From positions 1 to 49,420 of the forward strand of contig CAYJRR010000014.1 of assembly GCA_964372275.1 (NCBI GenBank): 49,420 nt of DNA, in the 5' to 3' direction. Below are positions 27,485-36,710 of this stretch, one piece after another. The DNA comes from an uncultured bacterium (lineage in GTDB: Bacteria > CAYJRR01). The notes under the pieces are model-generated. The model ran no database searches. It saw only the letters and a program-made list of their open reading frames with translations, and was not told where the DNA came from. A program made the translations under genes and the position numbers. Each line of letters starts with the position of its first letter. The stretch's first letter is position 1.

Positions 27485-27603
27485 TTCCGCCTCCCTTCCG
27501 GCTCCGGCTCCGACTCCGTTCCGTCCCCCAATTCCGGTAGGCGCCTGTGGGAAAGGAGCCGGAGTCGGAGCCGGAAGGGAGACGGAACGGAACGAATTCG
27601 TTC
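27485..27603. repeat. 38-bp imperfect inverted repeat of hexamer units plus 14-bp palindrome
   Basis: Arms 27485-27522 and 27550-27587 (4 differences), 27-nt loop; GAACGAATTCGTTC at 27590-27603. Confidence 0.85.
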
Positions 27604-27604
27604 G

Positions 27605-30600
27605 CTACAGGAGGAACTTCTCCCACGGCCCATCCACCTTGATCACCGCTCCCTCCTCCCGCGCCCAGACGGTGGGGTCGTACATCGCCTCCGCCTCGAC
27701 CGGGGGGATCGTGAACCGGCCGGCGGTGACGACGCGCGCGGCGTAGACCACGGTGCGGCTCTGGCCGGGCTCGAGCGCGCCGAACAGCTCGATGCGGTCG
27801 TCGCGCACGTTCATGAAGTCGGCGCGCCACTGTTCGTCGGCGTCGACCCAGGCGACGGCGCCGCCACGGCCCAGCCGCGGGTTCTCGATCTCCCAGCCGG
27901 CCGGCAACCGGTCGACCAGCGCGATGTTCTGCACCCGCTCGCGACCGGTGTTCCGGATCTCGATCTCGACGTAGACCAGGTCGGCCAGCGAGAAACGGTC
28001 GCCGCCGAGGTGGTTCCCGGCGAGGTCGCGGTAGCGCCGGCGGATCTTCAGTCCCTCGCCGCCGTATTTCACGTCGGGCTTGACCCGGTTCCCCTCGCTC
28101 CCGACAACCAGGAAGACCTTGCCGGCCGGTTTTTCCGGCATCTCCAGCCGCACAGACCGGTACTCGCTGGCGCGCGCCACCGTCCAGGTCCGATCGGAGG
28201 ACTTCGCCTTGGGTCCCGCCTTGGCGGAGAAGGTCTTCCCGTCGGCGACGATCTTCCCCGGCGGGAAGCTCGCCGTGTGGCCGGAGACCCGCTTACCGAG
28301 CCCGGTGACCCCCCACACCAGCTCCTGCGTGGTGTACCAACCGCTGCGGTGCCCCTGGAGCGACGCGGCGACCATGTTCGCCAGCGGCTCGCCGGCGGGG
28401 TCGTCGCCGAACAGGTCCTGGAAGGTGGAGAGCAGGAAGCCGCGTCGCCGCCGGTCGGAGTAGAACGACCACGAATTCTTTCGTTCATCGGTGATCGGCG
28501 AGAGGTCCGGGCTCTTCAGGTCGGAGGCGTATCGCCGATCCCCCGCCAGGTAGAGCGCGGCCTTGAGCAGGTAGGCCTTTTCCGAGGTCTCCCCGTCCAA
28601 CCGCGACGGGAGCTCTCCGATCAGCTTGAGCAGGCGCCCCTTCTTCCCCTTCCCGGCAAGCGCAAGGTCGTAGTGCAGGTACGCCTCGGCGTCGCTGTTC
28701 CATCCGTGATCGCCGCTTTCCGCCGGAGCGCCGTTCTCGTAACGCGCGACCTCCCGCTCGATCCAGGCGAGCACGTCGTTCAGCCGGTCCTGGTTGACGG
28801 GGTAGCCGGCCTTCTGCGCGTCGAGCAGCAGGTGCGTGGCGTAGGCGGTTCCCCAGGAGGTCGGCTCGGTCTCCCCCTGCCAGTAGGCGAGCCCGCCCGA
28901 CGGGGTCTGCATCGAGAAGAGGCGATCGATCCCGTGCATCACCATCTCCTCGACCTTGCGCCCCTGGGTCAGCGTCGGGTCGGAGAGGTCGAGGAAGTTG
29001 GAGACGAACAACAGCGGCCGCGTCGAGCTGGTCGTCTGCTCGATGCACCCGTAGGGGTACCGCACCAGGTAGCGCAGGTGATCGAAGCTCTCGCCGTAGG
29101 GGTTCGAGGTGAGCCAGAAGTTCGTCGTCTCGGTCGTCGGCAGCCAGCCGCCGAGGAGCGGCGTCAGGTCGGTCGTACCGTGCGCCACCTCCACCCGCTG
29201 GACGATCCGACTCCGGGGCGAGGCGGGGACGAACGGCACGTCCAGCTCCTCCTTCGACTCGAAGGAGCCGCCGCGCGCCGTCACCCGGAACTTGGCCGCC
29301 CCGACCGATTTCACCGCCTTCGCCTGGAAGACGAGCGTCCCGCTCTTGCCGTCGTCGAGCGAGACCGAGCCCTCCGGTTTCCCGAGCATGCGGATCGGCG
29401 GTTCCGGGTTCGGCGGAGCCTCCATCCCGGGAACGGGCAGGTTCTCGGCGCTCATCGTCACCACCACGTCGAGGCGGCGACCCGAGACGTTGGTGACGAA
29501 CACCGGAATCTGGAGCTCGTCCCCCTGCGCCACGAAGCGGGGGAGCGTCGTTTGCAGCACGATCGGATCGCGGACCGTCACGTTCGCCGAGGCTCGTCCC
29601 ATGCGGCGCGGGCCGACCGTCACCGCCATCACCCGGAGCGACCCGCGGTATTGCGGCACGTCGAACTCGACCCGGGCCCGCCCCGCGGCGGAGACCGGCA
29701 CCACCCCCGACCAGAGCGCCACCGGCTTCACCGGTTGCACCCGGCCGGCCTGCTCCGAGCCGCCGTCGTCCCCGCCCGTCGAACGCTGGTTCCCCTGGGG
29801 CGGAAGCAGCATCGTCCAGCCGATCGTCTCGAACGTCTCCACCCCCAGCGCACGCTTGGCGAACAGGTCGGCCAGCGGGTCGGGACTCTTGAACCTGGTG
29901 AGCGAGAGGATCCCTTCGTCGACCGCGGCGACGACGGCGTAGGTGGGGCCGTCGACCCGCCCGACCTCCAGCTCGACCGAGAGCCGCCCGTTCGACCGGA
30001 CCTCCTCCGGAACCCCGAGCGCCACCGGTTGCGCGAACTCGGTCGGCTCCACCGGCGCCGAGGCCACCCCGAACGCGCGGTCGGGAAGGTACGACTCCCG
30101 CGACTCGATGTGCGGGTCCTTCACCAGGAAGGCGCTGACGTAGACGTTCGGCGCGAAGCGCGTCGGCCGGAACGACCACCGCACCTCCCCGGCGTCGACC
30201 TTCTTCCACTCGGCGGCGACCACGCCGTCGGTCTCGGCGGTGAACAGCATCCGCCCGCGGTAGGGGGCGGTGACCTTCACCGTCGCGCTCTCGCCGACCT
30301 TGAACGATTTCGGGAGCTCGACCGCGAGGTGGGTCGGCCGCATCGGCCGCGGCGTCTGGTCGACGCGCGATTCGGACGGGTCCCACCAGTACCCGTCCGA
30401 TTCACCGGCGACCATCAGGTCGGTTCGCGCCGATCCCGCGCGGACGCGCACCAGGTAGCCGGCCGAGGTCTGGTCGGGCACGACGTCGATCGAGAACCGC
30501 GAGCCGGCCACCGACGCCTTGCGTCGCGACTCGACCACCGGCCGGAGGTGCCGCTGATAGCGCTCGCTCTCCTCCTCCTCGTCCCAGAAGTAGCCGTACT

Positions 30601-33259
30601 CCGCCTCCAGACGCGCGAGCTCGACCTCGACCTCCGGCGGCGCCTCCTTCGACGGCGAGCCGTTCCAGTCGACGACGATCCCCTCGACCTTGAACGGCGC
30701 GCCGCGCTTGGCCTTGGTGGCGCCGGTCAGGAGCCCGAGGTAGTAGGCCTCGGGGTGCACCGCGCTCGTCGCGATCTGTTGCGTCGAGCGGCCGCTACCC
30801 GACTCGAAGACCGCGACCGCCGCCTGCAGGCGGGCCGACCCCGCGAATCCGGCCGCGTCGGCGAGGGCCGGGCAGGCGATCGAGGCGCGCCCGTTCTCGT
30901 CGAGCGTCCCCTTTTGCGTCCCGAGCGTGAGGGCCTTCGCGGTCTCGTTCCCATCGCGCCAGGCGCCGTACTGGTAGTTGGCGTTCTCCTTCGGGACGAA
31001 GGCCGACGGCTCGAGCCGGCAGGTCAGCTCGACGGCGCTCCCTTCGGCCGAGCCGCCGAACAGGTATTGCGCCTCGACCTCGACGGCGACCGGCTCCTCG
31101 ACGCGATACCCGGGACGGGCGGTGGCGGCCGTGACCTTCATCCGCTCCGGAACGAACTCCTCGACGTTGAAACGGTGGCTGCCGACCGGCTTCTCCGCGA
31201 CCGCGAGCTTCGCCTCGTAGACGCCGGTCTCGGCGAAGGCGGCGAACGGGAGATCGACCGTGACCAGCCCCGCCTCGTTGGTCTTGAGGGTGAGCTTGCG
31301 CGCCACCTTCTCGCGCGGATCGAGCAACGTCAGCGCGACCGGTAGCCCGGCTTCGGGGGCGGCGTCCGATCGCGACCGGACGATCGCCGCCAGGTGCGCG
31401 ACGTCTCCCGGACGGTAGACGCCGCGGTCGGTGAAGACCGACGCGCGATAGGCGGCGTCGGAACGGTAGGGCAATCCCTGCACCGCCGAATCGGCGACCT
31501 CGGTCTTGAGCTCCCCGTACTTGAGATAGGTGAGGTCCTCCCCCTGCCGCGCGATCAACGCGAACGGAGCGGACGCGTCCGGATCGTCGGAAGCGGGCTG
31601 CAGGCGGCAGCCGTCGGCCCCGGCCGTGGTGCACCGGGCGACCGACTTTCCGCTGCGCCGGACCAGCGACACCTCCACGCCGGAGAGCGGCTCGGCCTCC
31701 TCCATCGAAAGGGCCCACACCCACACCGTCTCGGAGTTCGCGACGCCGGGCGTCGGCGCGCCCCTCTTCGCCACCAGGCTGATGTCGGTCAGCAACAGGC
31801 GGGAGCTGGCGCGCGAGCCGCCGCCTTGCACCGTCAGCTCCAGGACCCCCTTCGTGGTGCGGGGGAGCATCGACGCGACGTCGACCCAGGTGGTGGTCGG
31901 CTCGTCGGCCTCGCCGCGGAGGGGTACCGTCTTGCGAAGCACGACGTCGGAGTTCCGGTCGCTCGTCGCTTCGCGGTCGTCGTCGCTCATCCAGAAGACG
32001 AGGTTCTCCGGCGGCACGTGGCGCACCGTGAGCTCCACCGTGTCCAGGTTGAGGTGGCGGATCGCCAGGTTCTTCCAGGCGGAGCGCGGAAGGTAGCGGC
32101 CGGCCGAAACGAACGAAACCTGCGGTTTGCGCGCCGGAACGGTGAACGTCTTCTCGTACGCCCCCTTGAGGACGCCGCCGTCGACCGACACCAGACCGGC
32201 GTCGACCGTCATCACGTAGCTGCCGCGCCGGAAGTCCCCCAACAGGCGGAATCCGCCGCCGGACGCGGTGACGTGGAACTCGACGGGCGGATGGAAGCGG
32301 ATCCCGGTGGCGGCCATCTCCTCCTCGAGCTGGCACCGGCGCGACAGGTAGTGGCCGTCGTCCGACTCGCGATCCCAGAACCATCGCTGCCGGCCCCCTT
32401 CCTTCTTCAGCGCCGCCTGGTCATCGCAGATCACCTCCACGTAGAAGCCGCTCTGACCCTCGCGCAAGGAGGCGTTCTTGATCTCCACCGGAAGCCCTTC
32501 GACGTGGTCGAACTGGCCGCTCGACGCCTTGGCGACCACCCCCTTCGCGGCGGCGGGGAGCCCCTCGGCGATCGAGACCGTCACCCTCTTCCGGCCGGCG
32601 AGTCGATGCGCCGGGATCGTGGCGGTCAGCACGTTCTCCTCCCCGCCGGGACCGAGCTTCACGTCGAGGATGGGCGCGCCGTCGGCGCGAAGCTCGACGA
32701 ACCGCTTCGCCGCCGAGGCGGAGACGGCACCGGAGAAAACGAGATCGATCTGGGTCGTCCCTCCGCGGCCGGTTCCTTTGGGCGACAGCCGCACGAACTC
32801 GAACGCCGGCGTGCGGAAGCGGTAGGTCCACGCGTCGGCGGACGGCGCCGCGATCGTCCCCGATCGGGTCTCGACCTGCTCCAGTCGCACGACGTAGTCG
32901 GTCCGGTAGGCGAACGGATCGCTCGGGGTGAAGGTCAGTGTCGAGGGGCTGGTGAAGACTGCCGTCCCCGCCGTCTCCGGTTCGATGCGCAGGACCGTCC
33001 CCCCTCCCGCCGGGCGATCGACGCGCTCGCGGTCGACGATCGCGCGGGCGAACTCCAGCACCAGCCTCTTCGGAACGACGCCGGCGATCCCCACCTCTCG
33101 GATCACCGGCTGGACGTCCTCGACGGTGACCGGTCCGGTGGGAGTTTCGGACGGGGTGGCGCCGCCGGTTTCGGACGACCCCGGACGTTCGTTCCGTTTG
33201 CAGGCGTGGAGAAGAAGGAGCGGCAGGACGACGAGGAGGGGCGCACGAAACGAACGCAT
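27605..33259 (-). CDS. Bacterial alpha-2-macroglobulin lipoprotein (YfhM-like)
   Basis: ATG 33259 with GGAGG RBS, lipobox LHAC, TDRGVYRPGD, VEEFVPERM, AAVDEGIL, thioester YPYGCIEQ, DRLPAGWEIENPRL, EAMY. Confidence 0.95.
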   Translation of the reverse strand: MRSFRAPLLVVLPLLLLHACKRNERPGSSETGGATPSETPTGPVTVEDVQPVIREVGIAGVVPKRLVLEFARAIVDRERVDRPAGGGTVLRIEPETAGTAVFTSPSTLTFTPSDPFAYRTDYVVRLEQVETRSGTIAAPSADAWTYRFRTPAFEFVRLSPKGTGRGGTTQIDLVFSGAVSASAAKRFVELRADGAPILDVKLGPGGEENVLTATIPAHRLAGRKRVTVSIAEGLPAAAKGVVAKASSGQFDHVEGLPVEIKNASLREGQSGFYVEVICDDQAALKKEGGRQRWFWDRESDDGHYLSRRCQLEEEMAATGIRFHPPVEFHVTASGGGFRLLGDFRRGSYVMTVDAGLVSVDGGVLKGAYEKTFTVPARKPQVSFVSAGRYLPRSAWKNLAIRHLNLDTVELTVRHVPPENLVFWMSDDDREATSDRNSDVVLRKTVPLRGEADEPTTTWVDVASMLPRTTKGVLELTVQGGGSRASSRLLLTDISLVAKRGAPTPGVANSETVWVWALSMEEAEPLSGVEVSLVRRSGKSVARCTTAGADGCRLQPASDDPDASAPFALIARQGEDLTYLKYGELKTEVADSAVQGLPYRSDAAYRASVFTDRGVYRPGDVAHLAAIVRSRSDAAPEAGLPVALTLLDPREKVARKLTLKTNEAGLVTVDLPFAAFAETGVYEAKLAVAEKPVGSHRFNVEEFVPERMKVTAATARPGYRVEEPVAVEVEAQYLFGGSAEGSAVELTCRLEPSAFVPKENANYQYGAWRDGNETAKALTLGTQKGTLDENGRASIACPALADAAGFAGSARLQAAVAVFESGSGRSTQQIATSAVHPEAYYLGLLTGATKAKRGAPFKVEGIVVDWNGSPSKEAPPEVEVELARLEAEYGYFWDEEEESERYQRHLRPVVESRRKASVAGSRFSIDVVPDQTSAGYLVRVRAGSARTDLMVAGESDGYWWDPSESRVDQTPRPMRPTHLAVELPKSFKVGESATVKVTAPYRGRMLFTAETDGVVAAEWKKVDAGEVRWSFRPTRFAPNVYVSAFLVKDPHIESRESYLPDRAFGVASAPVEPTEFAQPVALGVPEEVRSNGRLSVELEVGRVDGPTYAVVAAVDEGILSLTRFKSPDPLADLFAKRALGVETFETIGWTMLLPPQGNQRSTGGDDGGSEQAGRVQPVKPVALWSGVVPVSAAGRARVEFDVPQYRGSLRVMAVTVGPRRMGRASANVTVRDPIVLQTTLPRFVAQGDELQIPVFVTNVSGRRLDVVVTMSAENLPVPGMEAPPNPEPPIRMLGKPEGSVSLDDGKSGTLVFQAKAVKSVGAAKFRVTARGGSFESKEELDVPFVPASPRSRIVQRVEVAHGTTDLTPLLGGWLPTTETTNFWLTSNPYGESFDHLRYLVRYPYGCIEQTTSSTRPLLFVSNFLDLSDPTLTQGRKVEEMVMHGIDRLFSMQTPSGGLAYWQGETEPTSWGTAYATHLLLDAQKAGYPVNQDRLNDVLAWIEREVARYENGAPAESGDHGWNSDAEAYLHYDLALAGKGKKGRLLKLIGELPSRLDGETSEKAYLLKAALYLAGDRRYASDLKSPDLSPITDERKNSWSFYSDRRRRGFLLSTFQDLFGDDPAGEPLANMVAASLQGHRSGWYTTQELVWGVTGLGKRVSGHTASFPPGKIVADGKTFSAKAGPKAKSSDRTWTVARASEYRSVRLEMPEKPAGKVFLVVGSEGNRVKPDVKYGGEGLKIRRRYRDLAGNHLGGDRFSLADLVYVEIEIRNTGRERVQNIALVDRLPAGWEIENPRLGRGGAVAWVDADEQWRADFMNVRDDRIELFGALEPGQSRTVVYAARVVTAGRFTIPPVEAEAMYDPTVWAREEGAVIKVDGPWEKFLL

Positions 33260-33697
33260 CGAAGACCTCCGGCGGGGGATCAGGATCGAAACGGGGAGAC
33301 TACAGGCCGCGTGCCGGGCGATCGCGGCTTGCGGCAGGCCGCTTGGCGACGGACTCGACGATTCCGAACATCGCGCGACGGCTCGGCATTCGGCGACGCG
33401 TTCGAGGCGCGGAACGGCCCGACGCCCGGTTCGTTTTCGGCGGGCGACGGCACACACGGTTTCAATCCGGCCACAAACCTTACGTCCCCCCGACGCCGAC
33501 CGCGCGGCCGACCGCCGGAGGATACGCAGCTGCGTCCTTCGCGTCACGGTCGCAGACGTGTCCCGAAAAACGCCATCCGGGCGGAAGGTCGAGGTTTCCA
33601 GCCCCCACCCGCCCACGGACACCGGAGCCGACGACGCCGCGCGTCAAGGCGCGGAGATCGCGACCGATCCGACGCGCGCGACGGATCCGTCGCGGAC

Positions 33698-33713
33698 TGG
33701 CGTGAGCGTTGCG
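33698..33713 (+). promoter_or_regulatory. sigma54 -24/-12 promoter
   Basis: TGGCGT-GAGCG-TTGCG, GG-N10-GC, 35 nt before TTG 33749. Confidence 0.6.
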
Positions 33714-33748
33714 TTGGAGGTCGGGCCGGTCGGAAAGGAAAGGGAACC

Positions 33749-35821
33749 TTGGCTCGAACGAAGGCGCTCCACGGAACGACATCACTCCTCGCACTTGCCC
33801 TCTTTACCTCCCCCGCGCACGCGCAGGTGCGCTGCGCGCGCGCGGCGCTCCCGACGGACCGGATCGCGCCGGACGGCCTGATCGACGGGAACTGCGATCC
33901 GGTCTCTCCCGACACCACGATGTCGCTGGTCGGACGCGTCGTCGACGAGGCGATGCTTCCGGCGAAGAACCGACGACTCGCCTCGATCGCCGCCAAGAAG
34001 GTGGCGGAGCTGCTGGCGGACGGCGCCGACATCGCCAAGAGCCTGAAGCTCACGGAGTACGGAACGCTGGGCGCCTCCACCGGGATCTACGCCCTTCTCC
34101 CCGATCGCCAGAGCGATCTGCAGAAGGCGGCGGCGGCGAACGGCGCGGTTTGGCTCCGTCACGACGTCGCGGCGCACGCCGGAGTCGGCTACGGCACGTC
34201 GATCCCGCTGGGGCCCGACGGCTTCTTCGTGCGGACCGGCGTCGGCGCCGGCGCCAACGTGCGGATCTCCGCCGAGCGCCGCTACGATCCGCGACTCGCC
34301 GAGCTCGCCAAGGACGCGGTCGTCAACCACCTCACGATCCCGATGGCCGCCATCGACGCGGAGTCGATGCGACCCGGCGAGCGGGTGACGCTCACCGGCC
34401 GCGGGAACATCGCGGTCTCGGGCGAAGTCGGCTACGGCGCCAGCCTCGACACCGGCGTGCCCCACGTGCGCGTCGGGGTGAGCGCCTCGAGCGGCGCGGC
34501 CAAGGTGCTGTCGGGCGACTTCAGCACCGACGTGCGGCGCGAGGACGACGGCAAGGTTCGCGTCACGCTTCGCAAGGCGACCTCCGACGAGACCTCGGCC
34601 TCCTTGAGGCTCTTCGCCGGCGTCGAGATCGATCGCGATCCGATGGAGGTCTCGGTCGACACCGGGGTCAACGTCGTCGACGCGATCGTGGAGGGGACGA
34701 GCAGCGACCTCACGCGCCGCGTCGGCCGCGAGATCGAGCGCGCCCTTTCCGCGTCGTTCGTGCACCGCAACGGGGTGCTCGAGAGCGATGGGAACCTCCA
34801 GGAGTACGTCTTCGACCTGAAGCGGCGCGAGGCGCGGAAGGCCTACGAAGACGCGTTGCGCGGCGACTTCCGCGCGGCGGCCGAGCTGGCCGCGTGCGGC
34901 GACGGCGGCGTCCACTTCGAGAAAGAGGTCCACGACAGGCTCAACCAGCGCCTCGCGGAGACCAAGTTCTCGGTCAGCCTGCTGCGCTACACGGTGCGCA
35001 CCAACTCCAGCGATCTGCGGCGCGACATCCGCGACCGCGAAGGCTCGCGCGCGTTCGACATCTATTCATTCTCCTACGACCGTCGCGGATTCTTCGGCGG
35101 ACGGGCGAGCGTCGACGTCGGCGCGGTCCACTCCATGACCGGCCGGATCGGCGAAGACGGGAAGAGCGTCCATCTCACGTACCGCGGGCAACTCGAGAAC
35201 CGCTGGTGGACGAGCAGGGGGGAGATGAAGGACCTGGTCAAGATCGGGACGACGATGTCCGGCCACGATCCGCGCGGCACGGCGGAGCTGAACCGGATCC
35301 TGAAGTCCCCCCGGAGCGGCTGGCACCTGCCGCGGTTCATCAACTACTTCGGGAAGACCAAGATGGGGCTCGACCTGACGATCTCCGAGTCCGGCATTTC
35401 GCGCATCGCGGGCGCGACCGAAGAGGAGATGTGGCAGGCGTTCGTGGCGCCGCGCCGCGAGAAGCCGATGTGGGCGACGCCGGAGGGACGCCGGAGGATC
35501 GACGAGTACCTGCGCCACAAGGACGACAACGAGCGCGCCGGAAGCTACACCTGGGAGCGGCACTGGTCCGACTCCTACGAGCGGGTGCGCGATTCGATCG
35601 CGGCGCTCAAGCGAGTGGGCGCGACCGCCGACGAGTCGGAGCGGGCCCGCGCGCTGCGCGACGCCGCCGAAGCGATGGGGAACGACTTCACCGCGGGCGC
35701 GGCGTTGTCGCTGCTCGCCGGGCAGCCCGGACGCGCGGTGAAGTTCGGGATCAAGAACGAGCACGTCGACACCACCTGGACCGACATCGGCGCCGACTCC
35801 GACATCGTCGCGGTGAGGTAA
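33749..35821 (+). CDS. Secreted hypothetical protein (690 aa), beta-strand rich
   Basis: Purine-rich RBS then TTG; signal peptide ending AHA-Q; strongly GC3-biased codons; the upstream part of track ORF 31394 is antisense to the macroglobulin gene. Confidence 0.8.
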   Translation: MARTKALHGTTSLLALALFTSPAHAQVRCARAALPTDRIAPDGLIDGNCDPVSPDTTMSLVGRVVDEAMLPAKNRRLASIAAKKVAELLADGADIAKSLKLTEYGTLGASTGIYALLPDRQSDLQKAAAANGAVWLRHDVAAHAGVGYGTSIPLGPDGFFVRTGVGAGANVRISAERRYDPRLAELAKDAVVNHLTIPMAAIDAESMRPGERVTLTGRGNIAVSGEVGYGASLDTGVPHVRVGVSASSGAAKVLSGDFSTDVRREDDGKVRVTLRKATSDETSASLRLFAGVEIDRDPMEVSVDTGVNVVDAIVEGTSSDLTRRVGREIERALSASFVHRNGVLESDGNLQEYVFDLKRREARKAYEDALRGDFRAAAELAACGDGGVHFEKEVHDRLNQRLAETKFSVSLLRYTVRTNSSDLRRDIRDREGSRAFDIYSFSYDRRGFFGGRASVDVGAVHSMTGRIGEDGKSVHLTYRGQLENRWWTSRGEMKDLVKIGTTMSGHDPRGTAELNRILKSPRSGWHLPRFINYFGKTKMGLDLTISESGISRIAGATEEEMWQAFVAPRREKPMWATPEGRRRIDEYLRHKDDNERAGSYTWERHWSDSYERVRDSIAALKRVGATADESERARALRDAAEAMGNDFTAGAALSLLAGQPGRAVKFGIKNEHVDTTWTDIGADSDIVAVR

Positions 35822-35860
35822 CGGCCCCGTCCTTCCGTTCCCTACCGGCTCCCTTCGGTC

Positions 35861-36352
35861 CTACCGGGAGACGCCGACGCCCGGCGCGGAGGGGCCCGGC
35901 GGCGAAGCCGCGGGCAATCCGCGCGGGCGGGTGTCGGCGTTCCGGGCGACGTTGGAACCGCTGTCCGGGCCGGGCACCTTCGACTCCTGCACGTGCTTGT
36001 AGATCCGGTAGCCGACGTAACCGATGACGATCACGCCGACGGCGATGGCGATGTAGGGGGCGGCAACGGCGAGCGCCGCCCCCACCGGCGCGAGGCTCAC
36101 CGATCCGGAGGCCGATGCGGCGGCGAGGGTCGTTCCCTTGAAGGTCCAGGCGTAGACGCCGATCGCCCCCGGCGAAAGTCCGGTCAGCCCTCCCGGTAGT
36201 CCGGCGCCGACGGTGGTGCCTACGACGACGGCGGTCGTCGTCGTCACCGGCTCCACCGCCTGCGCGCCGGTCGACGCGATCCAGGCGACGATCGCCGCCG
36301 AGGCGATCGATCCCTCTCTCGCCCAACGCCGGATTCCCCGCAATGCCGCCAT
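35861..36352 (-). CDS. Exported hydrophobic Gly/Ala/Thr-rich protein (163 aa)
   Basis: AGGGGG RBS, signal-like N-terminus ending AQA, hydrophobic helix APYIAIAVGVIVIGYVGYRIYK, upstream sigma54 site. Confidence 0.7.
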   Translation of the reverse strand: MAALRGIRRWAREGSIASAAIVAWIASTGAQAVEPVTTTTAVVVGTTVGAGLPGGLTGLSPGAIGVYAWTFKGTTLAAASASGSVSLAPVGAALAVAAPYIAIAVGVIVIGYVGYRIYKHVQESKVPGPDSGSNVARNADTRPRGLPAASPPGPSAPGVGVSR

Positions 36353-36377
36353 CGAGCGGTCCCCCTCTCCTCTATTC

Positions 36378-36393
36378 TGCAAGGCCGGCGCCA
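36378..36393 (-). promoter_or_regulatory. sigma54 -24/-12 promoter
   Basis: TGGCGC-CGGCC-TTGCA, GG-N10-GC, 25 nt before ATG 36352. Confidence 0.7.
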
Positions 36394-36640
36394 CCGAGGC
36401 ACCTGCGATTTTTCCCGCCGCGCCGGCGCGGAATTCCGTTTGCGCGTTCGCGCCATTTGCCCGCCGTCGTCGGGACGCGGACACTGCGACTCGGATGGGG
36501 CGCGGGGGGGCACGGCGAAACCATCCGTCGCCACGAAGAAATCCCGCGTCCTCGGCGGTCCGAAGCGCGTTCACCTGGAGTACACTGAAGACCGACGGCG
36601 ACGTTTCGTCGCGACGCGCTCCCGGGGGGGTCCGCCAGCC

Positions 36641-36681
36641 GATTCGCGCGTCGCGCTTCCATGGGGGCTCCCCCAGCCCCC
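36641..36681 (-). repeat. Double-hairpin dispersed repeat, copy D
   Basis: Minus strand GGGGGC-TGGGGG-AG-CCCCCA-TGGAA-GCGC-GAC-GCGC-GAATC; intergenic. Confidence 0.8.
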
Positions 36682-36710
36682 TGCGCACTCGACGGCCCGG
36701 AGGGATTCGG

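Noticed and set aside
33301-33316. Possible sigma54 site for the macroglobulin gene (minus strand CGGCAC-GCGGC-CTGTA)
   Set aside because: The -12 element is GT rather than GC; plausible but too weak to call
31394-33748. N-terminal half of the 1475-aa track ORF
   Set aside because: Antisense to the macroglobulin gene; promoter, RBS and signal peptide place the real start at 33749
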